NCBI GenBank assembly: GCA_951406725.2
Contig: OX597814.1
Coordinates: 222,270,001-222,334,000 of the forward strand
Direction: 5' to 3'
DNA length: 64,000 nucleotides
Source of the DNA: Octopus vulgaris
Lineage: Eukaryota
Made by a program: the position numbers and the translations under genes. Each line of letters begins with the position of its first letter. Position 1 is the first letter of the stretch. Positions 40,547 to 53,342 of this stretch are shown piece by piece. The notes beneath the pieces are model-generated. The model made no database searches. It saw only the letters and a program-made list of their open reading frames with translations, and had not been told where the DNA came from.

Positions 40547-41975
40547 CTCTCTCCTATACACACACACATCAATATATATTTATATATATATGATATATCA
40601 TCCTATGGATGGATAAAATTTGTATGAAAATTGTTGTAGGAAAAAATCAGTTGAGATGAAACCTGAGTCATACTCTGATGAGTCCAGATCATTTATGTGT
40701 TACACGACTATAACACTATACTAAATACATATTTTGATCTGTAAAAGAACTCGTGTTCCTGTTCTACAAAAGCTATGGTTTCTTGTAGACCAATTATGTT
40801 ATCAAACGATGAAAATGGCCTTCATCTATAGAGAATGCTGAAAGCATATAATCATGACGGGTTTAGTAGATTAAAATAGAGACAAAATGTATAAAGTGAT
40901 TAAATGATATAAAATCTGACATGACAACAATAGCAAGAAAAATGAGCTGGGAGTTATCATTGCCTTATGTAACCAACTATAACTACACATGTAGTAGAAC
41001 TCCATAAATAATTAGAGACAGGGGTTCTAAACCGGAAGTAAAAAAAAAAACTATAGGGAATAATTGCCAAATGAACATCTTGGAACCGGTAAACTTGAAA
41101 GAATTTTTGTGAGCATGCCACAGTGACAAGGAGGATATTATTTTCTTTTGATGCAATTGCATAGAAATTTAACGTGTTTTATTTCAAGAAATTCCTATCT
41201 TGTTTCCTGCATAATGGGATATCACCAAAAGTACACCCGTATGTATGTTTATTTGTATTTTATATATAATATATAATTTTGCTCGAGTTCCTTAAGATTA
41301 TTGAAATGCGTATTGCATAACAGCAAGTCGACAGGAATTTCATTCAATATAATCGACTGCGCACTTGAAAGAAGTTACCTATGACTATGATGCATTTACT
41401 TAGAGCAACAGGCGATCAAATGTTTTCATATATTTTATGGAAAATATAGTAAGCAGGAGAGTCTTCCTGTACTGTAGAAACATGCCAGTGAGCAACCAAT
41501 TTCTTTTACTGTATGCCTTCTTTTCAAATTGCTTATTACTGATTAAACTTTCAGCGATACTAGTTTCAGAAGTTCTCTACCTCATCTACAACTTGAGTGT
41601 TTGGTGAGGTTGAAGTGGAAGTTTACAGTCTCTAACTTAAAATAACCAGCGATGCTCTCTCCACAAGCAAGGCCTGTCGACCGGCGCACATATAGCAGAT
41701 CGTTACATGACAATGTGGAAATATACATGAAAACATAAAACAGAAATAAAAGACACATTTCCATTTCGTTGTTTCACTTCCTCAGATAAGAAGGGTATAG
41801 CACAACATTTCAACGAGTAGGAAATGGAAAACCACCGCAACAATATACAATGAATGGTGAGAAGACAACATATTGTTGAGTAATACCACCGAGCACAGGC
41901 ATGAGCTGCAAGATCTTACAAGTACATCTACAAGCACGCACACAAACACACACACACGTGTGTATAAATATATAA

Positions 41976-42030
<55 letters not shown>

Positions 42031-42074
42031 TGTATATATATATATATATATATAAATGTGTATATAAATATGTA

Positions 42075-42139
<65 letters not shown>

Positions 42140-43697
42140 GTATTTATGAACATTTTTAAAAGTTGCATGAACATTAATGAAAAGACAAAACAGGTCCATA
42201 TAAAACCCTACTACAAATATTAATGAGGCTGCAAATCAGGTTATGTGATTCGAGTCGCCTCATAAAACCGTAATAAGCAGAATGAAAATATCATAAATAT
42301 ACATCTATAACAATCGATTACATAAAACCTGAGTCCTATAATTATTATTCTTTTAGTTCAAAGCAAGACATAGTAATCATCTCTATATGCATATAATCAC
42401 ATACATACACACAAACACAGACACTGCGCTACATAATGCCACATATACACATATAAACACACACACATACGCACATACTCGCACACATGCACATATACAC
42501 ACACACATATAAGTGAGTGCTAGATATAGCCAATAATCGATTAAATTTATTGAATGGTATATCCCATTCAAATGCATGCTCACAAAACATATAAAGTGAT
42601 ACTTCAATATTACTTTGAGAATTCCTTGAATAAATGAATACGTGAATATATATATATATATGTGTGTGTGTGTGTATTGTTGGCTGATGCCATGTATATA
42701 TGAACAAATATACATACCTGAACACAAATAATAATCGATTAATCCATAAAGCACAACCGAAAGAGGCAAGAGTTTTATGTGATTGTTAGCTACATAAATT
42801 AGACCAATTGTTTGCTATATAGATGAAAATAAATGGTGAATGGAAATGAATTTGAGCTACATAGAAATCGCCAATCTCTAAGTTCACTCTTTCCGCTACT
42901 GCTGCCAAATCAAACTCTGTCATTATTTTTTTTCGAATATTATTGATACTAGAATAATATACTTCCAGTTGAACATCAACACAGTTGATTTGAGGTGCGA
43001 GGTTTGAAAGATAAAAATCTTGTCTGCATCTTGATAATTTATCAGAAATGATCGTAATATAATGAAGTGGTGAAAGCACAGATTCGATGAGAATAAATAG
43101 TGTAATCATATTTATTATTATGTCTGATCACGAAAAAGCACTCATATCTTCACCGTTCTTGCGGTTCGTAGTGTTAGTACAAAGTAAGTTTACGTATATC
43201 AAAAGCAAATCATAAAATGCATCCTTCTTTTAGGAATTGCTTATTTAGAATTACAGAATGTGTTATATCATTCACAGTCTTATGACTGAATTTTGATATC
43301 ATATCGTGTAACCCTGGTTGAAGATAAATTCCTCTTCTTAAGTTGTAATCTTGACACAGTATCTGGTTTAACATTACAAATGAATTTAGCATGCATTTAT
43401 CGGACTCCACTCTCATGAATGTAATTAAAACAAGACTTTCTTTTAATCCTTCTATTCATAATGTGAAACCTTAATTGAATGGAATATTAAAATAACTCTT
43501 CAATGCTGATTAGATCAATCTCAAGCATACTCTGCCAATCAGACAGAGTTGCCGATTAGTTTCTCCTACTTTGGTTCGTATACTTACGTTTGCTGTACGT
43601 ATGAGGCTTACAATATTCAGCCATCATAACCATGATAAGAACAGATAGTGCAACTACTGACAAGCTTGTAAATAAAACAGAAACATATAGTCCATAC

Positions 43698-43843
43698 CTG
43701 ATAGTCGAAAGAACGGCAAATAATTGATGTTTCCTCCAAACAGTTCCGAGCACATCTGTTAGGAGTAACTCTGTCGTAGGTTTTCTCGTTATTTCCGAAC
43801 ACAACAGAATAAGGTGTGGGATAGAAGTATTCGAGGTATTCTT
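43698..43843 (-). CDS. Internal coding exon encoding the N-terminal part of a second PAN/Apple domain (146 nt, phase 1-0)
   Basis: Acceptor gcattccag|AAGAATAC and donor TATCAG|gtatgg. Translation (E)EYLEYFYPTPYSVVFGNNEKTYDRVTPNRCARNCLEETSIICRSFDYQ contains C-x3-C-x7-CRSFDY. Phase is compatible with direct splicing from the 52217-51951 exon across an ~8.1 kb intron. Confidence 0.88.
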
Positions 43844-45974
43844 CTGGAATGCACCATGAAAATAACAAATTGATTTTAATAAGATAAGATGCAATAAAAT
43901 ATTACTTCAGATTATTATTTCATTCATATGAAAGCAGTAAAGTACGGTTTCATTTCATGCTTTTGCCTATTCTGTTAAATTGTTTTTATTTGCTCTTTCC
44001 AAACGTGAATGTTAATATATTCATAAAAGTATTTCGTTTCTCACCTGAAACCACTTGACATTACCTAAGGCGTAATGAATGGTCCATAAACTTCTTTTAT
44101 AAAGTGCTAAAACAGTCAACCTAATGAATCTAAATATTTCTCGTATTAATATCATCATGAATATCTCGTATGAATATCACACACTTATACTAACGAGAAA
44201 GTAGCTAGTAATTTTAAGAAAGAGTGTAGAGCAACTACATGTTTCCGGATATCAAAGTATGTAAAATTATCTTGAGACCTGTTTTAGTAGGATTAGTGGA
44301 AAATACATTTTATTATTTAAGAACTACGCTATAAAACTTAGGATTAAGCTAATGCAGTTATTTATAAAAGCGGACTGTAGCCTAAAATCGAAATAACAAT
44401 TCTTGTATGGGACAGCATCTATAAGAATTTTTTAAAGCCTTAAGTCAGTACAAAAGGAAAGTAACTATGGCCTTTGTTGTGGCCTCCGAGAATGGTAGCA
44501 AGAATACCGGAAATTATCTCAGAGACCAATACCTGGGTCGAGATCTTATCACACACCAAACTGCAGTGAAGTCCCCGACAATCAGTTGATCTCTCTCCCA
44601 CAAAGAGAAACGACGTTTCCAGCAGACTTCTTCGCTGGTTCTATCAAATTTTACTTAAATAATTCATCATTCAAAAGCTATCGTAAAAAACCAAATACTG
44701 GAATCAAACTAGAAACCAGGTAGTTGTAAATGGAAGTTTCTTCTACAGAGTTACCTGGCGCAATGAAGTAATATATTACTTTTAAATTTTACTTTTAAAT
44801 ATGATGGCATATTTAGGTTAGTAGAAATTGGTTATTTGATACAAATACATTACTAGCTCTTATTTTATAAAATCTGAAGCATGAAACCAAGGTGGGCAAG
44901 ATTAGTACTTAGAAGGTAATGCAGTATTAACACTCACCTAGGCACTGCGAAACATTCATTTTTTTGTAAATCAAAAACTGTGGCCATAGTACAGTTTATG
45001 CTAATATAATATTTAGTTACAGTAAAATCGAAATAAGTTTTTGCTTAAACAGCATGCAAGCTATGCTCACCGTCAAAGGAATATGAGTGGTTGACAGTGG
45101 AGGAAATTAGTTTTCCGTTATGATAATGTTTCAGCTGCACAGACAACTAAATAAAGAATATGTCTCTAAATTTTTTTTTATTACACCTTAGGGAGATGGC
45201 TTGAAATAAATTGTCTACATAATTGATAAATTTCCTGTATATTTCAAATAGCTATTCATTTCTAGCTATCTCAGAATTATAGCACTACTGTACTGGCAGG
45301 CGTTGAGAGCATGTAGTAATATCACTAGAAAGTTATGAAAACTATTTAAAACTGAGTAACAAATGCTGTATTAAAAGCTTTTAAAATCTGTTTTTTTTTT
45401 CTTTTTGTTTCAGAAATAAAGTAGTTTATGAAAATGAAAGTTATTCTAAATTTTCACAACTTTCAAATTGTTTGCTTTTCTCTCTTAGGTAAATTGTTAT
45501 CACATCTTTGTAAAATGCCGTTTAGTAAAATATTTGTATATGTAAACACACACTCATATGTGTGTGTGTAAAAAAGAGTCTGTATACATGTGGCTGGGAA
45601 GAGATACACACAGAGAGCAAACGAGAGAGGGTTTGTGCCTATGTGTATAATTTAATTTTAAGGGAATCTTCAGATGCTTTATAATTTTAAGGTTTCTTTT
45701 CGTTTAAACTTTATTATTACTTCATGCAGTCCAAAAAGCAATAAATAAATAAAAAACAGAAAAAGGAAGACTAAAATAAACTACGAATTATTTTCAGAGA
45801 CTACTAATTATCTTCCAGACTACCTGAGTTATTGTTGCCAATTGAATCATTTCTCTAAATTATCAACAAAACCATTTTGATGTCTCAAGCTGCAGCGATA
45901 TTTGAATCGACAGAATGTCTCATTTTTGATAATTTGCGTATTTTTATCAGCCACCAAAGTTACCACCAGCATCC

Positions 45975-46032
<58 letters not shown>

Positions 46033-47221
46033 CACTGCTCTATCTTTTCGCTGGTAAATTTTATAATTCATAATTTGCTTTTTATGAAAATGTTTCTCTA
46101 TGTGGATTTTGTTTTTCTTTACATATAATTTCGATTGTTGATATTAGTGCTGCAGTTGTATGAAAATGCTGCAACAGCTCGTCCTATCATTATTAATATT
46201 TTTCTTATTGGTATTGTTATTGTCTATGATGTTATTCTGTATCATGATCATCGTCATCATTATAATTTCACCTCCTTATTGCTAAGATCTTAATAATAAT
46301 TGTTTTTCAGACAATCATGAAATCATATTTTTATAAAATTAATTTCTAATAGTAATCTCATTTGTTATTTTCCGCCTAATTGTTTTCGTAACAAAAACAT
46401 TTAATATATTCATCAATATAATAAAACAAAAACATGAAATATAAATGTGACAGCTGACATGATATGAGCAACAGAATTTATTTTTTTTTTTATAAAAAAG
46501 AACTATTTGTTCTACAAATATAATAAGTGGTCTTTTCATAAGAGCAATCGTTACTTTTAGAAATTTTTGTTGGATCTGCATAATCAACGATGCACGAATG
46601 ATAAATAAATAAATAATAATTACAAGGAAAGAAAGAAGGGCGGGAAATTGAAACACTAAATGAATGAATGAATTAATGAATGGAAGGAAGATAATAATTA
46701 TAAAATAAAATTAGGAAAACGAAAAACAACGGGAGAAGTCCAGTAAACTGTGATATTGATCTTACATAATGATACGTTAGAGAATACTGCCGGGAACAAT
46801 GCTATGCAACTATCAATTAATGTGTTTTCAATAGATTTCTAGTGCGTATCAGGGAGAGATAAAATCAAAGTGTGCGGACGTTCAGAAATGCTTAATGTAA
46901 GAACACATGTAGGATTGTATGTTTATATCTATATATACAAATGGGTGTAAACAAGTATTTGGAAATATAAAAATTCCTGCACAAGTTGGAATTTATATAT
47001 ATATATATATATATTAATGCTTATTTTTCCATAAAGTTATCAAAACAATTTTGTTTAAAACTGAAGGATCACTCAATATTGTTTAGTAAATTGGATATTT
47101 ATTCATTTTACAAGGGAAATATTGAAAGCAACTTCAGACTTTCAGCATACAAGACGTCGTTAGCCTTATGTGGTTATAGGAACATATACACACATGCATA
47201 CGTTCATACATACATACGTAC

Positions 47222-47260
<39 letters not shown>

Positions 47261-47282
47261 CGTGTGTGTGTATGTATGTATA

Positions 47283-47492
47283 TACTCTTTTACTTGTTTC
47301 AGTCATTTGACTGCGGCCATGCTGGAGCACCGCCTTTAATCGAGCAACTCGACCCCGGGACTTATTCTTTTGTAAGCCCAGTACTTATTCTATCGGTCTC
47401 TTTTGCCGAACCGCTAAGTAACGGGGACATAAACACACCAGCATCGGTTGTCAAGCAATGCTAGGGGACAAACAGACACACAAACACACACA

Positions 47493-47550
<58 letters not shown>

Positions 47551-47711
47551 TACGACGGGCTTCTTTCAGTTTCCGTCTACCAAATCCACTCACTAGGCTT
47601 TGGTCGGCCCGAGGCAATAGTAGAAGACACTTGTCCAAGGTGCCACGCAATGGGACTGTACCCGGAACCATGTGGTTGGTAGACAAGCTACTTACCACCC
47701 AGCCACTCCTA
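47283..47711 (-). mobile_element. SINE family A, near full length
   Basis: Reverse complement of 60324-60724. Confidence 0.92.
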
Positions 47712-48208
47712 TATATTTTTTTTCATTTTATTTTATCTAGTTTCAGCTCACGAGCTGTGGCCATGCTGGGACAATATTAAAGAACACATTAAAGTGTCTA
47801 CTCACGATAAATAACATTTAAAACTCTCGTTTGGGCCACCAAAAATATATACATTGAAAATAACAGATTCAACAGTACACGGCCGAGCGAAACGAAAAAA
47901 ATCCCTCACATAGCTTATGTAGCATAAAACTATATATTTAATGGACCAGGTGTATATGTGAACCGGTTTCTGCCTTAATACAGTGATCTTAACATGTTTA
48001 GCACATCTTAACACTTTGAACCATCTATATATACGTATATATCTTCCATGTATAAGTATATATAGCGATAATTCAGAAAGTGACGGGCTTATGTTACAGG
48101 CCTGCGAAACTTTAAGATGCTTGGACCCGAATCAAACTGTTTGATGTAATACATGTAACTCCCACTAAAAGTATTGAGTGCGCTTTTCTTTCATTTGTCT
48201 TTTCATTC

Positions 48209-48279
<71 letters not shown>

Positions 48280-48308
48280 TACACACACACACACACATAT
48301 ACACACAC

Positions 48309-48367
<59 letters not shown>

Positions 48368-48369
<2 letters not shown>

Positions 48370-49479
48370 TAGTTGAATGAATTATCCTAGTATGGATAAT
48401 TCGGTTAACCGATACCCGGGTAGCAAATTCACGTCAGAAAAACACGGTTGAAGCTACATGCCAAGGGCAGAGATCACATGCTTTCGTTTTAAAAAATTAA
48501 ATTGAAGATGTCGACACTTTAAAGAGTCGTTGGTAGCTACCGCTCTCCGTCCTTTTTTCTTTCTTTCTTCTTCCCTTAATCATCAATACAACTTTCGAGT
48601 CCCGTAGACTGAAACAAAGAAATTCTACCTATATTTTTATGAGATATCTTTTGAATCACGGTTTTTGGGAGTTTTTTTTCTTAAAGGGGGAAATTACTAT
48701 TTTATTTAAAATAAAATATTAATCTTTACCACCTTGCCCAAAAGCGACAAAAATAGACAGAGACTATCTCTTTATAGACGATTAGTTGGAATGGGAGGGA
48801 TTGCATCTCATAAGAATAGAAAAACAACCAATAACAAATGGGTTGTACATAATAATGAAACATTTTTAAGAGCATTCATATTCCACTGCAACGTTGAAAT
48901 CCTTTGCCTCAGTCAGGTCAATTAAGTACGTCATCAAGTACTCTCTGAAAGTAAAGGACTAAGCTGCTGTTCAAATAAACAATGATAACGAAATTAATCT
49001 ATATCTAATGGGTAAGTATATTGGACCACCCGAAGCAGTTCCATCCATTTTAGGATTTTCAATAGACGAAAGAGCAACCGCAATAGTGACACAGCAACTT
49101 CATCTACCAGATGAACAATAATATTATAATGAGTATATATGGTTGTCAATGAATTTCATATGAGAACAACTGTTTTCGTTGTGCATCAATGATGACTTTT
49201 GCACAACATGACTTTATGCTGAAGTAACCATGTATTTCACTTGGAACAGCAGTAACAAAGAATGGCAGAAAAGAATGCAATGTTGGAGGCCGTTTGAACG
49301 TTTTCGAAGAAGAAACACTTAGTCGTGTTTCTGTTGCCACACCAAAGATAGGAGAAGTCTATTATTTAAGAATTTTATTGTATGAAGTGCGACATAGTAT
49401 TATTTTTTCTTTTCCGCCGCGCATCAATGTTTTTAACTTGGAGCGCTTCTGGCCAACCGGGTCCCAGCAGGTACATCTA

Positions 49480-49480
<1 letters not shown>
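48368..49480 (+). mobile_element. Internally deleted Helitron with decayed RepHel coding fragments
   Basis: LSLYRRL..GG...NNKWVVHNNETFLRAFIFHCNVEI / SVRSIKYVIKY..KD..NEINLYLMGKYIGPPEA..ILGFSIDER..LHLPDEQ / LSRVSVATPKIGEVYYLRILLYEVR (48734-49395) follow Helitron Rep-region consensus; ends in CTAG at 49477-80. Outer boundaries approximate. Confidence 0.85.
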
Positions 49481-49523
<43 letters not shown>

Positions 49524-49990
49524 GCGAGAATGAAGCAACAAGAATGGATAGGTTTTTAGTACAATCGTTTCATACAAGGACATGTTTTATTAAAAGTTGC
49601 AAAAATTACAGCATATAAACGTGTCTCGTACTCATCAGCTAAAATACATGTGAGTTCTCTAGACATCCTAGTGGTTGAGGCTATACTCATGAAGTAATGT
49701 AGATAATGTAGTATAGCCTCAACCACTAGGATGTCTAGAGAACTCACATGTATTTTAGCTGATGAGTACGAGACACGTTTATATGCTGTAATTTTTGCAA
49801 CTTTTAATAAAACCTGTCCTTGTATGAAACGATTGTACTAAAAACCTATCCATTCTTGTTGCTTCTTTCTCGCTTATAATCACCCCACATTACTGTATTG
49901 TTAAATCAGTATAGTTTTTTTTGGTGCATCTAAGTTAGGTACCATATTCAAGTAAATTCATTTAAATTAACTTGAATCTTTATTGCTTTT

Positions 49991-49992
<2 letters not shown>
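49524..49992 (+). mobile_element. PLE pLTR fold-back insertion in (TA)n: 164-bp inverted repeat containing a hammerhead on each strand
   Basis: 49524-49687 versus 49710-49873 (162/164 identical, 22-nt spacer). The 3' part (cattcttgttgctt..ttataatcacccc..ggtgcatctaa.tta.gtaccatattca) is homologous to 12597-12694 of the GIY-YIG-bearing element. Confidence 0.88.
49753..49843 (+). ncRNA. Type I hammerhead ribozyme, intact core (mirror copy on the minus strand at 49554-49644)
   Basis: TTTTAG-CTGATGA(49759-65)-GTACGAGACA...TGTCCTTGTAT-GAAA(49826-29)-C-GATT-G-TA(cleavage predicted after 49837)-CTAAAA: 6-bp stem I, ~10-bp stem II, minimal stem III. Confidence 0.85.
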
Positions 49993-50023
<31 letters not shown>

Positions 50024-50710
50024 CGTTTAAATACGTTTATTGGCTAAACTGGCAATATCACCATTCCGAAATATAACAATATATATATATATTAGTAGGC
50101 ATAAATTACGGAGAGCGAAACCTTTTTTTGCACTTGTGTTAATGTTTCGCTGATTAACACAACTACACATGCGCACACATATGTGTGTGTGTGTATAATT
50201 ATATATGTATGTCTGTGTGTACGTTATGTAAGATGTAAGACGGCCTATTAGTTAGTGAATTGCACTCACGAATGTCAAACCGTGGTTTCGATTCTCCAAC
50301 TGAGCGTCATTGTGCTCTTCAGCATAGAACATCTCAGTTTTACTGCTAGCATTTCCATATCTAGCGTATGGCGCAATCCACAACTTTACAGACAATATCG
50401 ATTTGATGGAAAGAGTGACGTAATGTACAGCTCAAGATTTCAATTGCCACGAGCAAAAAATCTGCGCAGGTTGTTTATCGAGAAATAGCAGAACGCTCTT
50501 CTTCTGTCTAATACAAGAGAGGCCGCGGTATATATACATGTATATAAATTCATAGATGCAATCACACAAGCAACGTACCGCACTAACCCACATACACATA
50601 CAAACACACACACATATATATATATATAAATGAATAGATATGTATATATAGTTGTATATATCTATCTATCTACATATATATATGTGTGTATGTATGTATA
50701 TATGTATATT

Positions 50711-50777
<67 letters not shown>

Positions 50778-50784
50778 GTGTGTC

Positions 50785-50988
50785 TATTCTTTTATTCTTT
50801 TACATGTTCCAGGCGTTTGGCTGCGGCCACGCCTTTAGACGAAAAACTCGACCTTAGGATTTATTCTTTGTAAGCTTAGTAATTATTCTATCGGTTTCTT
50901 AGGCCGAACCGCTAGGCTACGAGGACGCAAACACATCAACATCCACGTCAAGCGATGCCGGAGGGACAAATACACACACACACACACT

Positions 50989-51052
<64 letters not shown>

Positions 51053-51212
51053 CACGCACATATATGTTTGTCTGCCTGTGTTTGTACCCCCACCATCGCT
51101 TGACGACCGTTGTTGGTGCGTTTACACCCCCATAACATAGCAGTAGGATGAGTACTAGGCTTAAAAGACTAAGTAGTCCCGAGTTTAGTTTCTTCGACTT
51201 AAGGCGGTGCTC
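50785..51212. mobile_element. Two 3' halves of SINE family A in opposite orientation joined by (CA)n
   Basis: Minus-strand half at 50785-50970 and plus-strand half at 51062-51212. Confidence 0.7.
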
Positions 51213-51349
51213 CAACAATTCTCCATACTTCACCCAAGTGTACACGGAATTACCTATCGGAAGAATTCATTGAATGACTAGCAATAAATAGTAGTCAAAG
51301 AGATTAAATACTAATGAATGTTAACCGTTAACTGAAACTTAACTGAGAG

Positions 51350-51841
51350 CCAATAAGGTATATCCTTCCAAGGATGGAAGGCAAAGTCGGCCTCGGCGGT
51401 ATTTGAATTACGAACATGAAGACAAAAAATACCTATTTCTTTACTACCCACAAGGGGCTAAACAGAGAGGACAAACAAGGACAGACACACGGATTAAGTC
51501 GATTATATCGACCCCAGTGCGTAACTGGTATTTATTTAACCGACCCCGAAAGGATGAAAGGCGACCTCGGCGGAATTTGAATTCAGAACGTAACGGCAGA
51601 CAAAATACCTATTTCTTTACTACCCACAAGTGGCTAAACAGAGAGGACAAACAAGGACAGACAAACGGATTAAGTCGATTATATCGACTCCAGTGCGTAA
51701 CTGGTACTTAATTTATCGACCCTGAAAGGATGAAAAGCAAAGTCGACCCCAGTTCAAAGTTGAACTCAGAACGTAGCGGCAGACGAAATACCGCTAAGCA
51801 TTTCGGCCGACGAGCTAGCGTTTCTGCCAGTTCGCCGCCTT
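51350..51841 (-). mobile_element. SINE family C multimer (about 2.5 tandem ~178-bp body units)
   Basis: aaaatacctatttctttactacccacaag...aggacagac..cggattaagtcgattatatcgac repeats at ~51427 and ~51602; head ttctgccagttcgccgcctt at 51822-41. Confidence 0.9.
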
Positions 51842-51950
51842 ATGATGATTGTGATAATAATGATAATAGTAACATCAACAACAACAACAGCAATTGATAA
51901 TCTTTCCTGACATTTATAATGTTACGCATAACTGATACCAATTAACTTAC

Positions 51951-52217
51951 CTTTCAGCTCGTAATGCATGACTCGAAAGTTGCTATCATCGACAGGCGCA
52001 ATTCCATGAACATTTGCAGCAATATATTTGCTCATATGACATGACTGATCGGCAAACAAGTAATCAAATGTTGCACACTTGAAAGTATGTTCCGCTAGAC
52101 AGAGCTGTGCGCATGCGCCCAACGTCAGTCCTAACATGATCTTTTTGTACAGCTGCACGCCCTCTAGTGGTCGCAATGATCCGAAGCCATAATTCACAAA
52201 TTTGGAGAGTGGTCCTT
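51951..52217 (-). CDS. Internal coding exon encoding a complete PAN/Apple domain (267 nt, phase 1-1 symmetric)
   Basis: Acceptor tttatatttgcag|AAGGAC at 52218/52217 and donor GAAAG|gtaagt at 51951/51950. Open frame (E)GPLSKFVNYGFGSLRPLEGVQLYKKIMLGLTLGACAQLCLAEHTFKCATFDYLFADQSCHMSKYIAANVHGIAPVDDSNFRVMHYELK shows the PAN pattern C-x3-C-x6-C-x2-FDY-x6-C-x2-S...HYE. Confidence 0.9.
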
Positions 52218-52317
52218 CTGCAAATATAAATGAATTAATGAATTAATGAATGGAACGCAGATAATAATTATAAAGTAAAATTAGGAAAAAAGCAACAGTT
52301 GAGATGTAAAATTTTAT

Positions 52318-52487
52318 AGGCGTAGGAGTGGCTGTGTGGTAAGTAGCTTGTTTACCAACCACATGGTTCCGGGTTCAGTCCCACAGCGTCGCACCTTGGG
52401 CAAGTGTCTTCTACTATAGCCTAGGGCCGACCAAAGCCTTGTGAGTGGATTTGGGAGACGGAAACTGAAAGAAGCCCGTCGTATATA

Positions 52488-52544
<57 letters not shown>

Positions 52545-52747
52545 CTGTGTTTGTCCCCCCAACATCGCTTGACAACCGATGCTGGTGTGTTTACGTCCCC
52601 GTAACTTAGCGGTTCGGTAAAAGAGACCGATAGATTAAGTACTAGGCTTAAAAAGAATAAGTCCCGGGGTCGATTTCCTCGACTAAAGGCGGTACTCCCT
52701 CATGGCCACAGTCAAATGACTGAAACAAGTAAAAGAGTAAAAGAGTA
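52318..52747 (+). mobile_element. SINE family A, full length
   Basis: ggcgtaggagtggctgtgtggtaagtagc..ggttcagtccc (Pol III-like boxes), caccttgggcaagtg, internal (TA)(TG), tail (gtaaaaga)n. Confidence 0.93.
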
Positions 52748-52827
52748 TGGGAGTCTTCAAAATAAACACACACATAAGCACACACACACACACACACACT
52801 CACGCACACACACACACACACACACAA

Positions 52828-52962
52828 AGTGGGTGCTGAAAAGTTCCTGTCATTGCGTAAAAGAAATACAGAAAGATCAGTTACTTATGATTTTATTGAA
52901 CATGTTTTACTCTCAGATTCACGCAATTATTGCAGCGGTCCTTCAGTTTTTCTAAGCCTTGT
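52828..52962 (-). mobile_element. Mariner 3'-end remnant interrupted by a SINE
   Basis: Minus strand GLEKLKDRCNNCVNLRVKHVQ* resembles a mariner C-terminus; gggtgctgaaaagttcc resembles a TIR. Confidence 0.6.
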
Positions 52963-53342
52963 GTGGAAGCACTCCGTCGGTTACGACGACGAGGGTTCCG
53001 GTTGATCCGATCAACGGAACAGCCTGCTCGTGAAATTAACGTGTAAGTGGCTGAGCACTCCACAGACACGTGTACCCTTAACGTAATTCTCGGGGATATT
53101 CAGCGTGACACAGAGAGTGACAAGGCCGGCCCTTTGAAAACCAGGTACAACAGAAACAGGAAGTAAGAGTGAGAGAAACTTGTGGTGAAAGAGTACAGCA
53201 GGGATCACCACCATCCCTGCCGGAGCCGGAGCTTTAGGTGCTTTCGCTCAATAAACACTCACAACGCCCGGTCTGAGAATCGAAACCGCGATCCTACGAC
53301 CGCGAATCCGCTGCCCTAACCACTGGGCCATTAAGCCTCCAC
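52963..53342 (-). mobile_element. SINE family B (tRNA-derived), full length with 12-bp TSD
   Basis: TSD tctaagccttgt at 52951-62 and 53343-54; tRNA-like head tggcccagtggttagggcagcgga..ggtttcgattc. Confidence 0.93.

Noticed and set aside
40655-40690. GAAAC-CTGA-GTC-ATACT-CTGATGA-GTC, a permuted hammerhead-like order
   Set aside because: Only 5 nt lie between GTC and CTGATGA, so stem I cannot form.
44938-45146. Two small minus-strand segments with ag/gtgag boundaries between the PAN exons
   Set aside because: Phases are incompatible with the flanking phase-1 exons, joining them gives an immediate stop, and there is no domain similarity.
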